64,000 nt of DNA from Vulcanimicrobiota bacterium. Its GTDB lineage: Bacteria; Vulcanimicrobiota; Vulcanimicrobiia; Vulcanimicrobiales; Vulcanimicrobiaceae. Below are positions 59,762 through 64,000 of this stretch, one piece after another (the stretch's first letter is position 1; each line of letters opens with the position of its first letter). Under the pieces are notes generated by a model that was not told the DNA's origin, searched no databases, and saw only the letters and a list, made by a program, of their open reading frames with translations. The position numbers and the translations under genes were made by a program. The DNA lies in assembly GCA_963820825.1 (NCBI GenBank), contig CAWGBN010000006.1:32001-96000 (forward strand). Direction: 5' to 3'.

Positions 59762-60634
59762 CAGCTTGCCTTTCGTTGCGCGGCGCGCAGCTTCGCGCTG
59801 CGCGCGCGCCGATTCTCGGCGATCTCCTCGCGGCCTGGGAGAACCGGGCGCTTCGTCAGCACGTCGAGACGCTCGTCGTTGCGGAAGCTCTGCTTGACGA
59901 TTCGGTCTTCGAGCGAATGGAAGCTGATCGCGACGACGCGTCCGGCGCCGCGCAGACGGCCGACGGCTCCGTGCAAACCTTCGCGCAACGCTTCGAGCTC
60001 GTCGTTCACCGCGATGCGCAACGCCTGAAAGACTCGCGTCGCCGGATGAACTCGCTCGCGCCGGCCGCGGCGCTGCACCACGCCCGGCAACGAGCTGGGC
60101 GAACTCCGCGGTCGTACTCGGCAGATTGGCATTCGTCCGGCGGGCGACGATCGCGCGCGCGATGCGCCGCGCGGAGCGCTCTTCGCCATAGTAAAAGAAG
60201 ATATCCGCGAGCTCGCCTTCGCTCGCCGTCGAGAGTATATCGTAGGCGCTGCGTCCCGCGCCGGGATCCATCCGCATGTCGAGCGCAGCCGGTTTTCCGA
60301 GCGAGAAGCCGCGCTCGGGATCGTCAAGTTGCATCGACGAGACTCCCAAATCGAAGAGGACGCCGTCGATCGAGTCGATTGCGAATCGATCGAGGACGTG
60401 AGTGATTTCCCGAAAGTTTGCCTGAGCGAAGACCAACCGCGAGTCGGAGATCGCAGCGGCGCGAGCCGCCGCGTGCGGATCGGCATCGATTGCGATCACG
60501 CGACCACCCTCGAGCCGCTCCAGCATCGAGCGCGTATGTCCGCCCGCCCCGAACGTGGCGTCGACGTAGATCCCGTCGGGGCGTATCGCCAGATACTCCA
60601 TGGCAGCCTCGAGCAGCACCGGAACGTGGCTCAC
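59761..60634 (-). CDS. rsmH: 16S rRNA m4C1402 methyltransferase, frameshift near 60084
   Basis: [32 protein letters not shown], then [29 protein letters not shown] in another frame. Confidence 0.95.
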
Positions 60635-60646
60635 GCCGCCGCCACA

Positions 60647-61087
60647 TCACAGACCAAACTCGGCCATGAAGCTGGGGATCTCGCCCTCGGGGGGCGCCTG
60701 GAAGTCGTACCGCTCCTTCGCCCAAATCTCGATCCGCGTGAGCAGTCCGACCGAGACGACCTGCCGTTCGATGCCCGCATAGGAACGCAGCCGCGCGGGA
60801 ACGACCACCCGTCCCTGCGCGTCGCAACCGACCTCTTCGCTATGCGCGAAGAGATAGCGGATATGGCGGCGGTAGCGCTCGTCCTTGGTGGGAACCGCCT
60901 CGAGCCGGCCGCAGAACTCGACCCACGTGGCGGTCGGGTAGAGCGCCAGGCAGGCATCGGGAGGGGCGATCGTTAGGACAAACTGGGGCCCGAGTCGCTC
61001 GCGGAAGCGCGCCGGCACGATAAGCCGCCCCTTGTGGTCAAGGGCGTGCTGCTCCGAACCGGCAAAGCGCGGCAGTTCCGCGTGCAC
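60647..61087 (-). CDS. mraZ: Transcriptional regulator MraZ
   Basis: LDHKGRLIVPARFR, DAQGRVVVP, IEIW; GGAGGA RBS. Confidence 0.95.
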   Translation of the reverse strand: MHAELPRFAGSEQHALDHKGRLIVPARFRERLGPQFVLTIAPPDACLALYPTATWVEFCGRLEAVPTKDERYRRHIRYLFAHSEEVGCDAQGRVVVPARLRSYAGIERQVVSVGLLTRIEIWAKERYDFQAPPEGEIPSFMAEFGL

Positions 61088-61103
61088 AAAGTCCTCCGGA
61101 AGG

Positions 61104-61139
61104 CACCACTAAGCACTACTTCCCACCACTATACGCCCC
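61104..61139 (-). promoter_or_regulatory. MraZ-binding direct repeats
   Basis: Minus-strand GGGGCG / GTGGTG / GTAGTG / GTGGTG at a 10-bp period just upstream of mraZ. Confidence 0.75.
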
Positions 61140-61182
61140 AGCTTTCCTTAAGGCAAGGTAAACGGCGCAACCTTTTGGCCGC

Positions 61183-61209
61183 TTGGCACTCCACGATATT
61201 GACTGCTAG
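61183..61209. promoter_or_regulatory. CIRCE-like inverted repeat upstream of mraZ
   Basis: TTGGCACTC-N9-GACTGCTAG (8/9 and 7/9 matches to consensus). Confidence 0.6.
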
Positions 61210-61319
61210 GGCTTGAGAACTTCGCTAATTCGGTTGCAGCATCGACGCGATATCCGACGGTCCGGTCGGATAGGCGAAGAGCGCGCTCTCGAGCGTGGCC
61301 GCCGGAACTCCGGCGCGGA

Positions 61320-61688
61320 TTGCTCTCGACGGCGATCGTCGTCGGATCGACGAAGTGAGCCGCGCCGTGGTACGTCGCGATTTTCGATTCGCGCAACGCC
61401 AACTCGCGTTGCGCCGGAAACGGATCGGGAAAGGAACGTTTGAAGCGCATGAGCTCGTTCCAATCGATGCCGATCGTCCTGCGATCCCGCTGCCGCGCAT
61501 GCGTTGCGACCCGTCGACGAGCTCGGCGGAACCGACGAGAATCTCCTTCGGATTCGCATCCGCGCAGCGGGCAGGTGCCGCCATAAGGCAAGCGATCGAC
61601 GATCGCGACGCCCCGCATTCGCGCGCGTCTGCGCGACGCTCGTGCCGGCAGCACCCGTGCCGATGACGACGACGTCGAAATCGGTCAG
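61320..61688 (-). pseudogene. Remnant of a glutathione reductase-like pyridine nucleotide-disulfide oxidoreductase
   Basis: DFDVVVIGTGAAG / VAIVD...GGTCPLRGC / PKEIL / IDWNELMRFK are split across frames; recognisable homology ends after roughly 120 codons. Confidence 0.8.
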
Positions 61689-62548
61689 TGCGAAGCGCTC
61701 GCTTTGGCGACGCGTTCGGCGTCAATCAATCCGCGCTTCCGCGCGAGGCCCCAACGGTAACCGCCCAGCTCTCCCGATCCGCGGATGACGCGATGGCACG
61801 GTATCAGCACCGCCGTTGGATTCTGCGCGCACGCCTGCGCAACCGCTCGCGCCGCGGTCGGCCGGCCGATCGCCGAGGCAACTTCGGCATACGACGCCAC
61901 GTCGCCGGCCGGAATGCTCTGCAGATATCGCCAGACGCGCATTTGAAAGGCGGTCGCGCGGATGTCGAGCGGCAGATCGGGTGAGGGACCCTCGCCGGCG
62001 AGATAGCGCGCGATCGCTTCGACCCAGATGCGGAACTGCGGATGGTACGGCTCGCGCATCGGTTCGATTCGCGCTTCGCGATACTCGCGGCGCAGTTTTT
62101 CCAGCAACTCGTCGCGCGTCTCGCCGAATCCGACGAAGCAGACGCCGCGGTCGGTCGCCCCGATCGTCATTAGCCCCAGCGGCGTCGGAAGCGACGCATA
62201 GGAGATCGTTACGCCCGCGCCGCCGCGGCGATACTGCCGAGGGGTCATGCCGAGGTTCGAGGTCGCGTTCTCGTAGACGCGGCTCGTCGACGCGTAGCCC
62301 GCGTCGAGCGCCGCCATGTCGATCGGCTTGGCGCGCCCGAGGCCCTCTTTGAGCTTACGCAGGCGAACCGTTGCCAGATACTGCTTGGGCGTGACCCCGA
62401 CCACACGCTTAAAGGTGCGGGCGAAATGGAAGCGGCTCATGGCCGCGCGCTCGGCAAGCTCAGCGAGCGTCAAGGCTTCGTCGCTATGATCTTCGACGTA
62501 CCGGCAGACGTCGCGTATCAGGTCGGCGTTAGGATTCGTTTTTGGCAT
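61685..62548 (-). CDS. AraC-HTH plus methylated-DNA--protein-cysteine methyltransferase (Ada-like)
   Basis: MSRFHFARTFKRVVGVTPKQY, TAFQMRVW, SYAEVA, IPCHRV, GGYRWG. Confidence 0.92.
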   Translation of the reverse strand: MPKTNPNADLIRDVCRYVEDHSDEALTLAELAERAAMSRFHFARTFKRVVGVTPKQYLATVRLRKLKEGLGRAKPIDMAALDAGYASTSRVYENATSNLGMTPRQYRRGGAGVTISYASLPTPLGLMTIGATDRGVCFVGFGETRDELLEKLRREYREARIEPMREPYHPQFRIWVEAIARYLAGEGPSPDLPLDIRATAFQMRVWRYLQSIPAGDVASYAEVASAIGRPTAARAVAQACAQNPTAVLIPCHRVIRGSGELGGYRWGLARKRGLIDAERVAKASASH

Positions 62549-62656
62549 GAATAGACTCTAATGATGCTCGAGGGCCAAAACCATCGGAAAGTTGCGAAGT
62601 AGTCGTGGCCTGCCTGCCAGGCCCTGCCGCGGGCGGGGAAGAAAGGCGCCCCTGCG

Positions 62657-63127
62657 ATGAGTCGATTCCTCGGAATCTGCGGCCTTTTGGCTCTGCTCTG
62701 CGCCTGCAGCGGCGGGTACTTGCCGTATGCTTCCGGCTCGCTCAATCCGGCAGCGATCAACGCGCTGGTGAGCGGAGCCTCAGAGGCGGACGGGGTGCCG
62801 CCCGGATTGGTGCACGCGGTGCTGATGGCCGAATCGGCGGGCAACCCCTCGGCAATCAGCGGCGCCGGAGCCCAAGGGCTCATGCAACTGATGCCCGGTA
62901 CGTCGGCCGGCTGCGGCATCGCCAATCCCTTCGACCCGACCGAAAACGTCCAGTGCGGTACGGGTTATCTTCACTCGCTGCTTCGCCGCTATCACAACAA
63001 CGTAACGCTCGCCGTCGCCGCCTACAACGCAGGCCCGGGCGCGGTCGACCGCTATCACGGCGTACCGCCGTATCCGGAGACGCGCGCCTACGTCGCGCGC
63101 GTGCTCAACGCGTACCGCAACTACTAA
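62657..63127 (+). CDS. Lytic transglycosylase (SLT domain) lipoprotein
   Basis: Lipobox-like LCAC; AES, GAQGLMQLMP, AAYNAG, PYPETRAYV. Confidence 0.92.
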   Translation: MSRFLGICGLLALLCACSGGYLPYASGSLNPAAINALVSGASEADGVPPGLVHAVLMAESAGNPSAISGAGAQGLMQLMPGTSAGCGIANPFDPTENVQCGTGYLHSLLRRYHNNVTLAVAAYNAGPGAVDRYHGVPPYPETRAYVARVLNAYRNY

Positions 63128-63140
63128 AGCGCGGCCGCTG

Positions 63141-64000
63141 ATGGCGACGCTGACGTATCAACAACCGCTCCCGCGCGTCCGCTCGACGTTTCTGCGTCTG
63201 CCGATTCTCGACAGCTATTTGCTGCGCGAGATGGCCGTGCCGTTCTTCTTTGCCTTCGGCGCGTTTCTGCTCTTCTGGGCGCTGAATATCTTCTTTCTCG
63301 CAGCCGACTACATCATCAACCAGCACGCGCCGTTCTTCTTGGTTCTGCGCTTCGTCGTTTTCCGCATCCCGCAGGCAATTCCGATGGCCTTCCCCTTCGG
63401 CTGCCTCTTCGCTGCGCTGCTGGCGATGGGCCGGGTGATGGGCGACAACGAAGTAACCGCGATGCGGACGGCCGGAATTCCGGTCAAGCGCATCGTGCTT
63501 GCGCCGCTGCTCTTCGGCGTGGGAATGTTCGCCATCGCCTACTGCATGAACGAGTGGGTAGCGCCGGCCTCGGTCGATCTCTCGACCCGCACCTTCTACC
63601 AGATCATCTACCATACCGACGCGCTGCCGGTCGAGCCGCAGTTCTTCCGAAAGGATCCCGACACCGGAAACACGTTCTACGTCGGTCAGGTCGCGCCGGA
63701 CAATCGGACGATGCTCGACGTACAGATCTTCAAGCCGGCAAAGTTCGGTCCGTGGAACGAAACGCTGCAATCGAAGACGGCCTCGGTCGCGGGCAGCAGC
63801 CTCGTCCTGCACGACGTCATCGATACGCGCTACAACGACGACGGCTTCGTCACCAATCAGCAGCACGTCAAGAGCGTGACGATCGGGCTCCCGCTCGGCG
63901 AGACCGCCTCGCAGTTCGTCAGTCAGGTCAATAACGACCCCTGGACGATGAGCAGCAAGTCGCTGCGCACCCAGGTCAACGCGCTGCAGTCGCAGGGAAT
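63141..64000 (+). CDS. LptF/LptG family permease, 3'-truncated by the window edge
   Basis: ILDSYLLREM..PF, PMAFPFGCL, NEVTAMRTAGI, NEWVAP; frame open to the window end and absent from the ORF track. Confidence 0.88.
   Translation, partial: MATLTYQQPLPRVRSTFLRLPILDSYLLREMAVPFFFAFGAFLLFWALNIFFLAADYIINQHAPFFLVLRFVVFRIPQAIPMAFPFGCLFAALLAMGRVMGDNEVTAMRTAGIPVKRIVLAPLLFGVGMFAIAYCMNEWVAPASVDLSTRTFYQIIYHTDALPVEPQFFRKDPDTGNTFYVGQVAPDNRTMLDVQIFKPAKFGPWNETLQSKTASVAGSSLVLHDVIDTRYNDDGFVTNQQHVKSVTIGLPLGETASQFVSQVNNDPWTMSSKSLRTQVNALQSQG

Noticed and set aside
61213..61443. Plus-strand 76-aa ORF right after the CIRCE-like site
   Set aside because: No RBS, no recognisable motif, and it is antisense to the pseudogene.

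Overview
GC-rich bacterial chromosome segment made up mostly of housekeeping genes. An LptF/G permease indicates a diderm cell, while the Firmicutes-like features (YqzL-like peptide, CIRCE operators, L20-type leader) and a DUF5069 gene fit a soil Terrabacteria lineage such as Eremiobacterota; that assignment is inference only. In order: GH125, tricorn protease, GT-C transferase, repeat lipoprotein; aceA-aceB; two alpha/beta hydrolases around tag; rocD; infC-rpmI-rplT; trmH, yqzL-like, pheST, cvpA; selD; hsp20-lon; korAB-MFS-cobB; groES-groEL; a four-gene Lgt-like/radical SAM operon; alr, hisA, gltA; an mraZ-to-ddl dcw cluster; a decayed disulfide reductase; ada; SLT; lptF/G. I found no rRNA, tRNA, CRISPR array or IS element. 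Six single-base frameshifts in five conserved genes look like read or assembly errors. Best candidates for new biology: (1) the Lgt-like protein plus Tes/GDGT-MAS-like radical SAM plus two small Cys-containing membrane proteins at 39320-42060; (2) a CofE-family amide ligase embedded between murF and mraY; (3) CIRCE-like operators at hsp20-lon and upstream of mraZ. All family calls come from motif recognition by eye, not database searches.
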